A DNA stretch of 64,000 nt, taken from assembly GCA_965226795.1 (NCBI GenBank), contig CBDDDZ010000004.1, forward strand, positions 576,001 through 640,000. Direction: 5' to 3'. The notes under the pieces are model-generated. The model ran no database searches and had not been told where the DNA came from. It worked only from the letters and a program-made list of their open reading frames with translations. Each line of letters opens with the position of its first letter. The first letter of the stretch is position 1. The DNA is from Candidatus Latescibacterota bacterium (lineage in GTDB: Bacteria; Latescibacterota; UBA2968; GCA-2709665). Both the position numbers and the translations under genes were made by a program. Positions 21,101 through 30,385 of the stretch are shown here, piece after piece.

Positions 21101-21426
21101 CTAGGGGCGGCGAAATGTACTCGTGGACGGGTCGTCTTGAGAGAGGCAAGAAGCAAGGCCATTGGGTCGTGCGAGGCAGGGGGACGTCCGATGGTTCTTT
21201 CGTGGATGGGAAACGACACGGGCATTGGGTCACACGGTGGGATGACATGGGAAAGATCAAGTTATTTTAGGGACATAACACTAGGGGCGGCGAAATGTAC
21301 TCGTGGACGGGTCGTCTTGAGAGAGGCAAGAAGCAAGGCCATTGGGTCGTGCGAGGCAGGGGGACGTCCGATGGTTCTTTCGTGGATGGGAAACGACACG
21401 GGCATTGGGTCACACGGTGGGATGAC
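21101..21426 (+). repeat. 146-bp exact direct repeat separated by 34 bp
   Basis: 21101-21246 identical to 21281-21426; both start at CTAG. Confidence 0.92.
21247..21284 (+). mobile_element. Probable IS630-type terminal fragment
   Basis: ...CAAGTTATTTTAGGGACATAACA-CTAG resembles IS630 ends abutting a CTAG target. Confidence 0.4.
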
Positions 21427-21769
21427 GGAGATAAACAAAAAGGCGATTATGTCGCCGGAAAGGAAGAAGGTCGGTTTAGTTTTCGTTCGCGGAGGCCGCC
21501 GGGAGAAAGATGCAGTTCTGCTACATTTCGAAATGGCGATCGAGTAACGGAATGGAATTACTTAAATGATTCAGTGTGTGATTTTTAGCGGAATCAACCG
21601 CGATTTTGCCGCGAGAATGAGAGCTTTGCAGGCGTAGTCGTGTCAGTGAAAAATCACCCGATCATCGGTCGCGCTACGAAGATTGCATCACCCACAATGG
21701 CGCAGATAACATCCTCTGTAACGATTTGCGACACATCCGTTTCCGTCCCGCCGGTCCCATGCTTTCGCG

Positions 21770-21972
21770 GGTTGGTGGGGCTGAACAACCTCCAGACCCT
21801 AGATCTAGGACAAAACCGCGTTGCGGACATTTCACAACTTGCGAGGTTCGAAAATCTTACGCGGCTGATCGTCCGAGGGAATCCCCTGTCAGGGAAATCA
21901 ATACAGACGCATATTTCTGGTTTTCGGAAGCGAGGGATTCGGGTGGCATGGGAAAAGCCGGTCGCGAAATGA
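21770..21972 (+). pseudogene. C-terminal fragment of an internalin-like leucine-rich repeat protein
   Basis: LNNLQTLDLGQNRVADISQLARFENLTRLIVRGNPLS...IQTHI; no matching N-terminus. Confidence 0.65.
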
Positions 21973-22100
21973 CCGGGCGGCGTTTCGCAGACGCGAATAT
22001 ATCCAGGACTGGGTACTTTGACTGCCGCGCGGTGCAACGCCTTGAGGCGCTGCACGTCGTCGATAGTCTCAATCCGAGCGGCGTACGGATGCGACGCAGG

Positions 22101-25016
22101 CTATATACGTGTCCGTCCCTTTTTTTTAACAACTGTTGAACGCCCTGGCCGCTTTTCCAGGACATTCCGCGTATATTTGCAGTTGGGCCAATTCGAACAA
22201 CCGATAAACAGTCCATATTTTCCACTCTTCTCCTGCAGCCATCCAAAGCACGTCGGACATCCCTCAACGGCCTGCCGGCAGTCTCGGCAACGGTAGTTCC
22301 CATCAGCTTTCGCCAGTAATCCAGTCCTGCAATGGGGACACCCGGACTGTCGATACTCGCAATATGGCCAGTGCGAACAACCGTAGAATATCCCCCTGTC
22401 CTGAGCGCTACCTCTCCGCTGCAGCCTTCCATGGATGCATTTGGGGCACGGTACATCCCGTTTCGGTTGCTTTCCATGAACCTTTACGTCATAACCGTCC
22501 TTCATCAACTCCTCGACGAAAGCCGAAGGCGTTCCGATATCGACAACGAGATAGACGCCGCGCCTGGCGCGAGTGACCGCGACATAGAACAGGCGGCGCT
22601 CCTCGGCGTTTGGATATGCTTCTGGCGCAGCCTGAACGAGATCCAGTAGCGGGTCGTCATCGATCTCGGTGGGGAAGCCGTACTTTCCGGAGCACAGGTC
22701 GAGCACCACCACATAGTCGGCCTCAAGGCCTTTGGAGCCGTGTACAGTCATGAAAGAGAGTTGAAGATTGAAATGTGCTCGCGCCAACGCGCCCATATTC
22801 TGAGGCCTGGTGTGCCTGTACCGGCCCAGCAGCAGAACCGTAGAGTACTCGTCGTCCTCGGCTGCATGAGCGGCAATTGCGTTCAACGCCTCCGCCAAAG
22901 GATCGGGACACGTTTCTCGGGCGAACATTACATGCACGCATGGTTCGTCTGCATTAAAGATGGACGAAACACGCTTGCGGATCTGTGCGGGATTGCTAAG
23001 CACGAATCGGGTTGCGAGATCGGCGATACGATCCGTGCACCTGAACGTCGTTTCCAGGTTGACGCGTTCGCCCTCGCCAAAGCGCGCCGTGAACTCTCGC
23101 ATGATGGCGATGTCCGAACCCGCAAATCGGTAGATGGCCTGCCAATCGTCGCCGACCGCAAACAACTGTGCGGTGTTCGATGTGTCCAGCAACGCCTTCA
23201 GCAGTCGCGCTCTCCCGGCCGAAATATCCTGAAACTCATCGACGAGTATGTAGCCAAACCTATTGCGGTAACGCCCGCTCTGCACATGTTCCGTCGCGTT
23301 GGTGATCATGTCGTGGAAATCGATTTGCCGCAGCCGTGCAAGCGATTCCTGGTAGCGCTCATATACCGGAATGAAAACGGTCAGGAAAGCATCGGCCCGA
23401 GGACGGTTTCGAGCCCTGGCAGCGCGACGGGCCACGTCGTTTGCCGATAGTTGCGCACCCTTGTAGTGATGGAGGAACGTCGCAACCAGACGCGTGAAAG
23501 GATCGATTCGACCTTGCTGTTCGAGGACGGAGAAGGTGTCCTGGGATGGGATCGGAGATAGCGTTACCCCATGGACGGCCAATTTTTCCGCCAGGTTCTC
23601 GGTCAGTCTGCCCGCATCCTTTTCGTGACTATAGGTCTCCACGAGAACCGTACCATGTTCCGCATGCAGCCGTCTTTTCCAGTCCAATGACCTGAGGTAT
23701 TCGTCGCGATCGATAAAGGGAGGCGTTTTATTCGATTCCGAGAGTGCAATATGCTCAATGTATATCCCCGCGTCGGGAAGGTAGAAGTCGGGCCGGTATT
23801 GCCTCTTGTCCGACGTGGCGGTTTCGTGTTCGTAGTCGCGTTCGTACTCATAGGGCACACCGTTGAGGTAAAGGAAGTTGGCAATCTCGCATTCTTCGAA
23901 ACTCTTGAGCTTCTCGCCTTGCAGGGACCGGACCCCGTTGTCCCGGAGATAGGCCCAATACTCTCCCTGAGTCTGGAATTCGAACTCGCTTCGATACGGA
24001 GCAAAATGCCCTTCGAACCATCTGAGCATGACCCCGGAGAACCTGGGATCGGCGACGAGGTCGCCAACGATGCCCTTCAGCAGGTCGAACAGGGCTTGTT
24101 CATCTACCGCAGCCTTGGCCACGGCCGGGCGTCTGCGTTCCACCTCGCTGATGATCGACATGCCCAGGCTGTGGAATGTTCGAACCGTGAGTTCGGCGCC
24201 CAACTGAACGCCAAGGCGTTTCCGGACCCTTTCCTTCATTTCTTCCTGGGCATCTTTGGCAAATGCAAGCAGAAGCAGTTCCGATGGGCGCCGGTAACCC
24301 TTATGAATAAGCCAGCCGGCCTTGGCAACGATGACTGACGTCTTGCCGCTTCCGGCGGCTGCAACGACCAGGTTGCGGTCTTCATCGACGACAACCGCTC
24401 TCCGCTGCTCGTCCGTGAGCGGCCTCGCCTCGATCCTTTCGAAGAAATCCCTGGATCGCACCAGTTCGTTGGCCACAAACGTTTCGCAGGCTCTCGCCCG
24501 ACAAACTTCGGAATCATCCGCGAAGTCCTGAATCGCCTTCAGCATTCGGATTTCTGCGATGTCGGATAGTTGTTCGGGCCACTGAGAGGGGAACCGGGCG
24601 ACCACGGCTTTTGCATCTTGCTCGATTGGGGAAAAGACAGTACGCGCCACATACCGCGGCGGGTCGGTAAACTGCGCCAGGCGGTCGTAAACGGATTGAA
24701 TCGTTCCGACATGTTTATCCAGGGCGTCTCGCCACCAGTCGACTCTCCCGCGTATAAGTGCGTCGCTGAACAACTCAGCGTCCGGCTTCGACAGTCCAGA
24801 TACCGTTACATTGCCAGAGACGAAACGTACTTGCAATCCTCCCCAGAACCACCCGTGCGCCACCTCCGCGGTCTCGATTTCCCGAAAGGGGATAACCATC
24901 GACCTGGACGGGTGTTCCAGAATCAATGTTGCACTGTTCAACGTGACCGCTCTGGCATGTCCCGGACGAAGGATCGGGAACACGTACGAGGCCAGGCCGG
25001 ATCGTCCGACGCGCAT
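22101..25016 (-). CDS. UvrD-family DNA helicase IV-like protein with inserted nuclease-like domain and C-terminal topoisomerase-type Zn ribbons
   Basis: AAAGSGKT, VDEFQD, VGDDWQAIYRF, TVHGSKGLE, EERRLFYVAVTRA; several C-terminal CxxC; start could be 25073. Confidence 0.88.
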   Translation of the reverse strand: MRVGRSGLASYVFPILRPGHARAVTLNSATLILEHPSRSMVIPFREIETAEVAHGWFWGGLQVRFVSGNVTVSGLSKPDAELFSDALIRGRVDWWRDALDKHVGTIQSVYDRLAQFTDPPRYVARTVFSPIEQDAKAVVARFPSQWPEQLSDIAEIRMLKAIQDFADDSEVCRARACETFVANELVRSRDFFERIEARPLTDEQRRAVVVDEDRNLVVAAAGSGKTSVIVAKAGWLIHKGYRRPSELLLLAFAKDAQEEMKERVRKRLGVQLGAELTVRTFHSLGMSIISEVERRRPAVAKAAVDEQALFDLLKGIVGDLVADPRFSGVMLRWFEGHFAPYRSEFEFQTQGEYWAYLRDNGVRSLQGEKLKSFEECEIANFLYLNGVPYEYERDYEHETATSDKRQYRPDFYLPDAGIYIEHIALSESNKTPPFIDRDEYLRSLDWKRRLHAEHGTVLVETYSHEKDAGRLTENLAEKLAVHGVTLSPIPSQDTFSVLEQQGRIDPFTRLVATFLHHYKGAQLSANDVARRAARARNRPRADAFLTVFIPVYERYQESLARLRQIDFHDMITNATEHVQSGRYRNRFGYILVDEFQDISAGRARLLKALLDTSNTAQLFAVGDDWQAIYRFAGSDIAIMREFTARFGEGERVNLETTFRCTDRIADLATRFVLSNPAQIRKRVSSIFNADEPCVHVMFARETCPDPLAEALNAIAAHAAEDDEYSTVLLLGRYRHTRPQNMGALARAHFNLQLSFMTVHGSKGLEADYVVVLDLCSGKYGFPTEIDDDPLLDLVQAAPEAYPNAEERRLFYVAVTRARRGVYLVVDIGTPSAFVEELMKDGYDVKVHGKQPKRDVPCPKCIHGRLQRRGSAQDRGIFYGCSHWPYCEYRQSGCPHCRTGLLAKADGNYRCRDCRQAVEGCPTCFGWLQEKSGKYGLFIGCSNWPNCKYTRNVLEKRPGRSTVVKKKGRTRI

Positions 25017-25584
25017 AGATCCCCTGGGGCCCGAATTACGACTGTGCGCACGGGCCAAGTCTGTCTTCCACACATGCGAAGTACATTAGTTGACGCGGCA
25101 TCCTTCCCGTAAGCGTGGCCTTCAGGCACACTCGAAATATATCCCGATAGCCTATCCTTTTCAAGATGGGCAAGTTTTTTTTCCGGAAAACGTACGCCAG
25201 GCTGGTCGGATACCGACTGTAAAACCAGTCGTGCAGGGGGTCGCTACGCGGGCGCTGGGCTCCGCCTCATCGGCCGCCGCGCCCGCGTCAATTTCCGCCC
25301 CGAAGGGAGTTGTAAGGCATTCCAACATGAATTCCGCCTTTGTTTTCCGTTGACACGCTCCCACAATACCGCTTTCTTTCGCCTTCCTGCACGTGGCGTT
25401 TCGTCCCAGACTCACGGGGGTCTCGTGGCTTCCCAATGTCTCAGAGCCGATGGAGATCTCTGTCGAGAATTGTGCATTTCGTCACAATGCAGTCTTACAT
25501 TTTATACGCGCGCTCCAGCACGAAATTGACGGTTCACACGTGTACAGCTTTGTGGGACTTTTTTCGTCAAGGAAAGGCCAGCCA

Positions 25585-26385
25585 ATGAAAACCGTACGCG
25601 ACAGGCTCTGGATTTTCACCTGTGTGGCCGGGTCGGACAACGACTCTCTCACCCAGGCCGGGTACCCGCAGGGATCGCGCATGACACCAGCCGAAGGCGC
25701 GTTATTTCTGGATGTCCCCAACCTCCACATGATCCGGTGGCGCGGCCTGCCCGCGTATCCGTACGAGCAGTATGCCGTTACCTTTTCCTCGCTGAAACAG
25801 GTCACCTGGTCCATTGTGGGTAGCGGCGGCCAGGTGGAAGGAGATGAACTGCAAAGGGTTCTCGATCTCGCCGAGAGGCATCCCAACGTCACCGGCGTCT
25901 ATCTGGATGACTTCATGCGAAAAGACGGCCGAGGCGCCCTGGGCGTGGATGACCTGGCCAACATACGTCCGAGATTGAACGTTGCCGGCAGAAGGCTGGA
26001 CCTCTGGGTTGTCCTGTACGTCAAGCAACTCGACCTTCCCGTTTCCCCCTACCTCGAATTCTGTGACGTGGTCAATCTCTGGACCTGGAACTCCGAAGAT
26101 CTGCAAGACCTGGAACAGAACTTGGAACGTCTGGAAGCGGTCAACCCCGGCGGCCGTGTTTCCCTGGGGTGTTACCTCTGGGACTTCCATAACCAGCGCC
26201 CCGTTTCCATTCCGAAAATGGAGCACCAGTGTGAACTCGGTCTCCGGTGGCTCCGGGAAGGCCGTATCGAAACCATCGTTTTTCTCGCCAACACCACCTG
26301 CGACATCGGTATCGACTCCGCACCATGGACCCAGGCGTGGATCAGGAAGGTCGGCGATTTGACACTGGATCCGGCCCAGGCTTGA
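25585..26385 (+). CDS. Conserved hypothetical protein, possible TIM-barrel glycoside-hydrolase-like fold
   Basis: Long ORF with RBS; RMTPAEGA, GVYLDDF, NLWTW motifs. Confidence 0.6.
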   Translation: MKTVRDRLWIFTCVAGSDNDSLTQAGYPQGSRMTPAEGALFLDVPNLHMIRWRGLPAYPYEQYAVTFSSLKQVTWSIVGSGGQVEGDELQRVLDLAERHPNVTGVYLDDFMRKDGRGALGVDDLANIRPRLNVAGRRLDLWVVLYVKQLDLPVSPYLEFCDVVNLWTWNSEDLQDLEQNLERLEAVNPGGRVSLGCYLWDFHNQRPVSIPKMEHQCELGLRWLREGRIETIVFLANTTCDIGIDSAPWTQAWIRKVGDLTLDPAQA

Positions 26386-26503
26386 ACGCGGGCACGGCGT
26401 TCGGTTCGGAAAATCCGACGCCGCAGAGCCAACAGATACAACGTGGAAATTTACACGCCTGACGGAGGTGTTGTCGCATTAGCGCAGATCGGAGACAGAC
26501 AAT

Positions 26504-27772
26504 ATGAATAGCAGCGAGCGAATTGGGGGCAATGTCGTCAAGAGCACCCACATAAAAAGCGAAGGACTTCATGCGTTCTACGCGGGAGGACAGACGTACA
26601 CGGGCGCGACCGGGGATAGAATCGTTGAAACGGTGACCTCCGAGGTCCTCCAATGGGTGACTCACGAGGATGGGCGCACAACCCTGGATGCCTGTTACGA
26701 CGGCACCTGGCTGAGGATGTCTGAAGATAATGGATCAAACTGGACGGATTGGGGTCCGAGGGTACGTTTCGACATCGAAATCGCGGAAGAGCAGTTGATG
26801 CCGGCTGGATTCAGCCTGGATACGAAGAACAACATCCTGTTACGTTTTTTCCGGGGGCAGAAGGCCGACAGGAGTTGCTACGGCTACATCAACCAGGGCG
26901 CCTATCGGGCATATTACAGCGTGTCCGGAGATCAGGGAGCAACCTGGAGCGATCCCGTCCAGATGATAGACCGACGGAAGCGTTTCGACGCGGATTGCTG
27001 GGGGCCGGGCTTCAACTATGGCGTGCGCGGCGGCATCCTCAACGGCAACCACTGCATCTGGCTGGAAGACGGGTCGGTGCTGGCGCCCTTTACGGAGTAC
27101 GAACGATTGGACGGTTCCAAGCCCTGGTATTTTCGGGTCGTCTGCGCACGTGGATATTGGAAGGACGACATGAGCGGGCTTGACTGGGAATTTGGAGATT
27201 TCATCGAGGTACCGCTCGAGAAAGCCACCGGTGGATGCTGCGAGCCGGCGATCACGGCATTGAATTCGGGTGCGCTGTTCGTCACTATGAGATGCCAGGG
27301 GAGCGAGGCTCAGGGTCTCTATTCCACGCCGTATACCGCCGTTTCGAAGGATGGTGGGATGAACTGGAGTGAACCCGAGCCGCTGGTCTATGACGATGGG
27401 ACGACCGTCTGGACCCCTGCCTCTGTTACTGCCTTTTTTGAATCCACTGTAACCGGCAAATCCTACTGGATCGCCAATATCCTGGATGGCCCCGTCTTCG
27501 GACAGATCCCTCGATATCCTCTGAAGATCGCCGAATTCGACCAGGACAATGCGTGTATTGTGAAAAACTCGGTCCGGCTCATACAGGACCGGCCCGACGA
27601 TGCGCATGAACTTGTGAGATACACCAACTTCGGGTGTTACGAAGACAGAAGAACGGGGCAATTGATTATCACGCTTCCCGAACAGTATCGTCGCAAGGGT
27701 TGGGATGAAATGGAAGAGCCGGAAGACTTTGCGGCGGATTGTGTCAAATACACGGTGGATATCGACACATAG
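26504..27772 (+). CDS. Sialidase/BNR (Asp-box) repeat protein
   Basis: SEDNGSNW, SGDQGATW, SKDGGMNW Asp boxes; CEPAI. Confidence 0.75.
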   Translation: MNSSERIGGNVVKSTHIKSEGLHAFYAGGQTYTGATGDRIVETVTSEVLQWVTHEDGRTTLDACYDGTWLRMSEDNGSNWTDWGPRVRFDIEIAEEQLMPAGFSLDTKNNILLRFFRGQKADRSCYGYINQGAYRAYYSVSGDQGATWSDPVQMIDRRKRFDADCWGPGFNYGVRGGILNGNHCIWLEDGSVLAPFTEYERLDGSKPWYFRVVCARGYWKDDMSGLDWEFGDFIEVPLEKATGGCCEPAITALNSGALFVTMRCQGSEAQGLYSTPYTAVSKDGGMNWSEPEPLVYDDGTTVWTPASVTAFFESTVTGKSYWIANILDGPVFGQIPRYPLKIAEFDQDNACIVKNSVRLIQDRPDDAHELVRYTNFGCYEDRRTGQLIITLPEQYRRKGWDEMEEPEDFAADCVKYTVDIDT

Positions 27773-27813
27773 GCCTTTTATTACCATGAACGTGTGACCC
27801 CTAAGCCTTGCCA

Positions 27814-27838
27814 TGAGCTTGTCGAAGGGTCGGCGAAG
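27814..27838 (+). repeat. TGAGC(C/T)TGTCGAAG-type intergenic repeat, copy 2
   Basis: 23/25 identical to 19563-19587; between convergent genes, followed by the palindrome GCACCGTACGGTGC. Confidence 0.65.
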
Positions 27839-27942
27839 ATGTCGAAGGGCACCGTACGGTGCACCCTGAGCGGTAAGAAGTTGACCTTTCTTGCCCTGCT
27901 GCAGACGAGGCGGATGTAAACTATAAGGTGCTTGCCATCGTA

Positions 27943-29634
27943 TCATCCCCCGTATTTGGAGATGAGATCGACAGTGACCTCATCTCCTTTTTTTTCTGCC
28001 CACGCACGCGGCGCGGCCCACACTGCGCCCGCCAGCTTCGGATCGGCGCCGCGTTCGAGATAGAAACGGGCCAGATCGTACTTGCCCCACCTGACCGCCC
28101 AACCTAGCGGTGTGGACTGAAGAAGTTCGTCAATGACGTTCAGATCGGCGCCGTGGTCGAGGAGGACGGTGGCAAAGGTGAGCCGTTCGGGTTCGGTCAT
28201 AATGGGTTCTCCCCACACAATACCACAGGCCGCCAGATGATGAGCAAGCCGGTACCCGAAACGACCCACGAGATTAGGGCTGACGCCATGGTCCAGAATC
28301 ATGCGGAAAATTTCAGGATAAACCGTGCGGTCAAACTCGCGGAACTTGCGGTGCGGATTGGTGCGCCAGAGTCGAAGGGGCTGCTCGAGCAGGCCGAACC
28401 AGCGACGGTCGTCTGGCGCCCAATCGAGTTGCCGCAGGCACATTCCCACAATATCGGGGTCGCCGCCGCATCCGGCCGCCCAGAGCAGCTTTTCCGCTAT
28501 CGACGGGTCGTTGGGGAGGGCGACTGCTGCGGCGGCGGTTTCAGCTTCGAATCCGATGGTGCCGTGATCCAGAATGCCGCCGTATCGAAACAACAATCCC
28601 TTCATCCGATCGTCGCGGTTATTGTACGCCGCGCCCACGGGATTGGCGCTGGCATAGATGCTGGCGTTGGGGTCGGCCCCGCGTTCGAGCAGGAGTTCTG
28701 CAATATCGTACTGTGAATTTGCGGCTGCGCGTGCGAGGGGTTGGCCCCAGGAATAGGGTTTGGATTCGTAGTGGTGCAGTTGATGCCGGTCGTCGGGATC
28801 CAGACCAAGGTCGAGCAGCAGGCGCAACATATCGATATTGTCATTCTCGGCCGCGATCGCCAGAAGACCATTTCGCTCGCTGTCGTTGGATTGAAAGCGT
28901 TCGGGATGGTCTTCGGCGCATGAGCGAACATATTCGATATCCCCGAGAGCGACCGCGGATTCTATAGATTGCTCGCATCCGGCCTGGAGCAGAATCCCCG
29001 CGCAGATCAGGCACCCTTCGTTGAGCGGCCTGTTTCGGCCGCGAATATTGTGCACGGCGCCGTCCAGGGGCGACTGTCCCTCGGGCGTGAGATGGGTGAT
29101 ATCGGCGCCGCGCCCGAGCAGTTCAAGAACGAGTTGGTAACAACCTTGGGACGCGGCGGCGTGAATAACGCTGCCGCCGTTGCGATGGCATGCGTCCAGC
29201 AGATCGGGTTGCCCATCCAGAATCCGGAGCGCATCCCTGTCCCGGCCCTCCCGGACAGCCTCGAAAAGCGCGTCGTTTTCCCCGGTAATTGTGATGTTCT
29301 TGCAATCGGCCAGTTTGCGTTTCTCGTCTTCTTCCCTCATAACGTGAACAATGTCGTCCAGGCCGCGTTCCCGCGCCATCGTCAAGGCGCCGGTCGCATC
29401 CCGGTGGGGATAGATGCCCGCATTGTGATTCGCACCCGCTTCCATAAGTACGCGGACGGCATCTGAGTGCTGATACATCACCGCATAGTGAATGGCCATA
29501 TGTTCGTTGTTCTCCGCCATGTGTACATTGACCAGGTCGGGCTGCGCATCGAGGATACGTCGGATTTTCGAAACATCACCCTTCGCTGCAGCTTTGCAAA
29601 GGTCCGCGACCCTGTAGACACCATTTGTCGTCAT
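27943..29634 (-). CDS. Ankyrin repeat protein
   Basis: Repeated LLxxGAD/N, TPLGWAVRWG, AIHYAV motifs. Confidence 0.88.
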   Translation of the reverse strand: MTTNGVYRVADLCKAAAKGDVSKIRRILDAQPDLVNVHMAENNEHMAIHYAVMYQHSDAVRVLMEAGANHNAGIYPHRDATGALTMARERGLDDIVHVMREEDEKRKLADCKNITITGENDALFEAVREGRDRDALRILDGQPDLLDACHRNGGSVIHAAASQGCYQLVLELLGRGADITHLTPEGQSPLDGAVHNIRGRNRPLNEGCLICAGILLQAGCEQSIESAVALGDIEYVRSCAEDHPERFQSNDSERNGLLAIAAENDNIDMLRLLLDLGLDPDDRHQLHHYESKPYSWGQPLARAAANSQYDIAELLLERGADPNASIYASANPVGAAYNNRDDRMKGLLFRYGGILDHGTIGFEAETAAAAVALPNDPSIAEKLLWAAGCGGDPDIVGMCLRQLDWAPDDRRWFGLLEQPLRLWRTNPHRKFREFDRTVYPEIFRMILDHGVSPNLVGRFGYRLAHHLAACGIVWGEPIMTEPERLTFATVLLDHGADLNVIDELLQSTPLGWAVRWGKYDLARFYLERGADPKLAGAVWAAPRAWAEKKGDEVTVDLISKYGG

Positions 29635-29747
29635 ATCTGTTCCTTTCCGGGTTTACCGTTCATCCAATACCGCGAGCGATAGCCCTCACCGCCTGCGTTC
29701 AAACCTGAACACGAAATCCGGTAACCGCAGGTCTCGCCTCGAGCGGG

Positions 29748-30304
29748 TCAAAGGCCGTATTCGAACCTGAGATCCCTCGATACATCCGTCCGCTCCACAC
29801 TCCGTTTGATATCTTCCATCATTTCCAGCCACCTGTGTTCCTTGAATTTTTCAAAGTCGAGGACAAATCCAGGAAGCGCCCTGCTCTCGATCCGGCCGGC
29901 CGGCTCCTGCCCGAGAACCTCGAACTTCCCCACTCGAAGCTGGTACCAAGTCGCCGGTTTGCCGTTCTCCACGAACAGTGCCTCCTGTACCCCTGAAGCC
30001 TCATATATCTGAAGTTTTTGCCCAGATTGGTAAATCCGTGCTTGGACTCCATTTCCAGTACGAAATTCGGCGGCCCCTCGGAGACCTGGTGATCGTGGTT
30101 CTTTATACAGATTTGCCTGGGGCCGTTTCTCCGCACGATCACACCTACGTTTGGATAGACCATACAATCCGACTTACCGCCATAGCTGAGCCGTACCGGA
30201 GGGAAGAGAACCACGTCCATACCCGTAGCGAGCATACGATAGTAGTTGATTACGGTAAGCACGTCCGTGTGATCTCGCGAAACGTTCGCATCGGGTATCC
30301 ACAT
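29748..30304 (-). pseudogene. Frameshifted/degraded Uma2-family (PD-(D/E)xK) endonuclease
   Basis: Two overlapping frames: EGPPNFVLEM in one, KLQIYEASGVQE...IESRALPGFVLD in the other. Confidence 0.6.
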
Positions 30305-30385
30305 GATTATCCTCCTCCTACGTAGATTCCGTTCGTGGTCATCCCTGTTCCCTTCTCGATACGTCCTTAATCTGGATGGACGTTT

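Larger units (their letters stand above)
20524..21588 (+). pseudogene. Disrupted secreted protein: TPR-like LPPEMMADKYLI domain, Cys-rich module and MORN-like repeats
   Basis: ATG after AAGGAGGT; frameshift near a T9 run; in-frame TAA after YLIKA and TAG at 20901-20903; GKKQGHW/GKRHGHW repeats; internal duplications. Confidence 0.7.

Noticed and set aside
20986..21426. Direct repeats as a CRISPR array or DGR template/variable repeat
   Set aside because: Only two copies each, coding-derived and identical (no adenine-specific differences); no cas or reverse transcriptase gene in the window
25205..25235. GACTGTAAAACCAGTC hairpin resembling a tRNA-Tyr anticodon arm
   Set aside because: No D-arm, T-arm or acceptor stem around it
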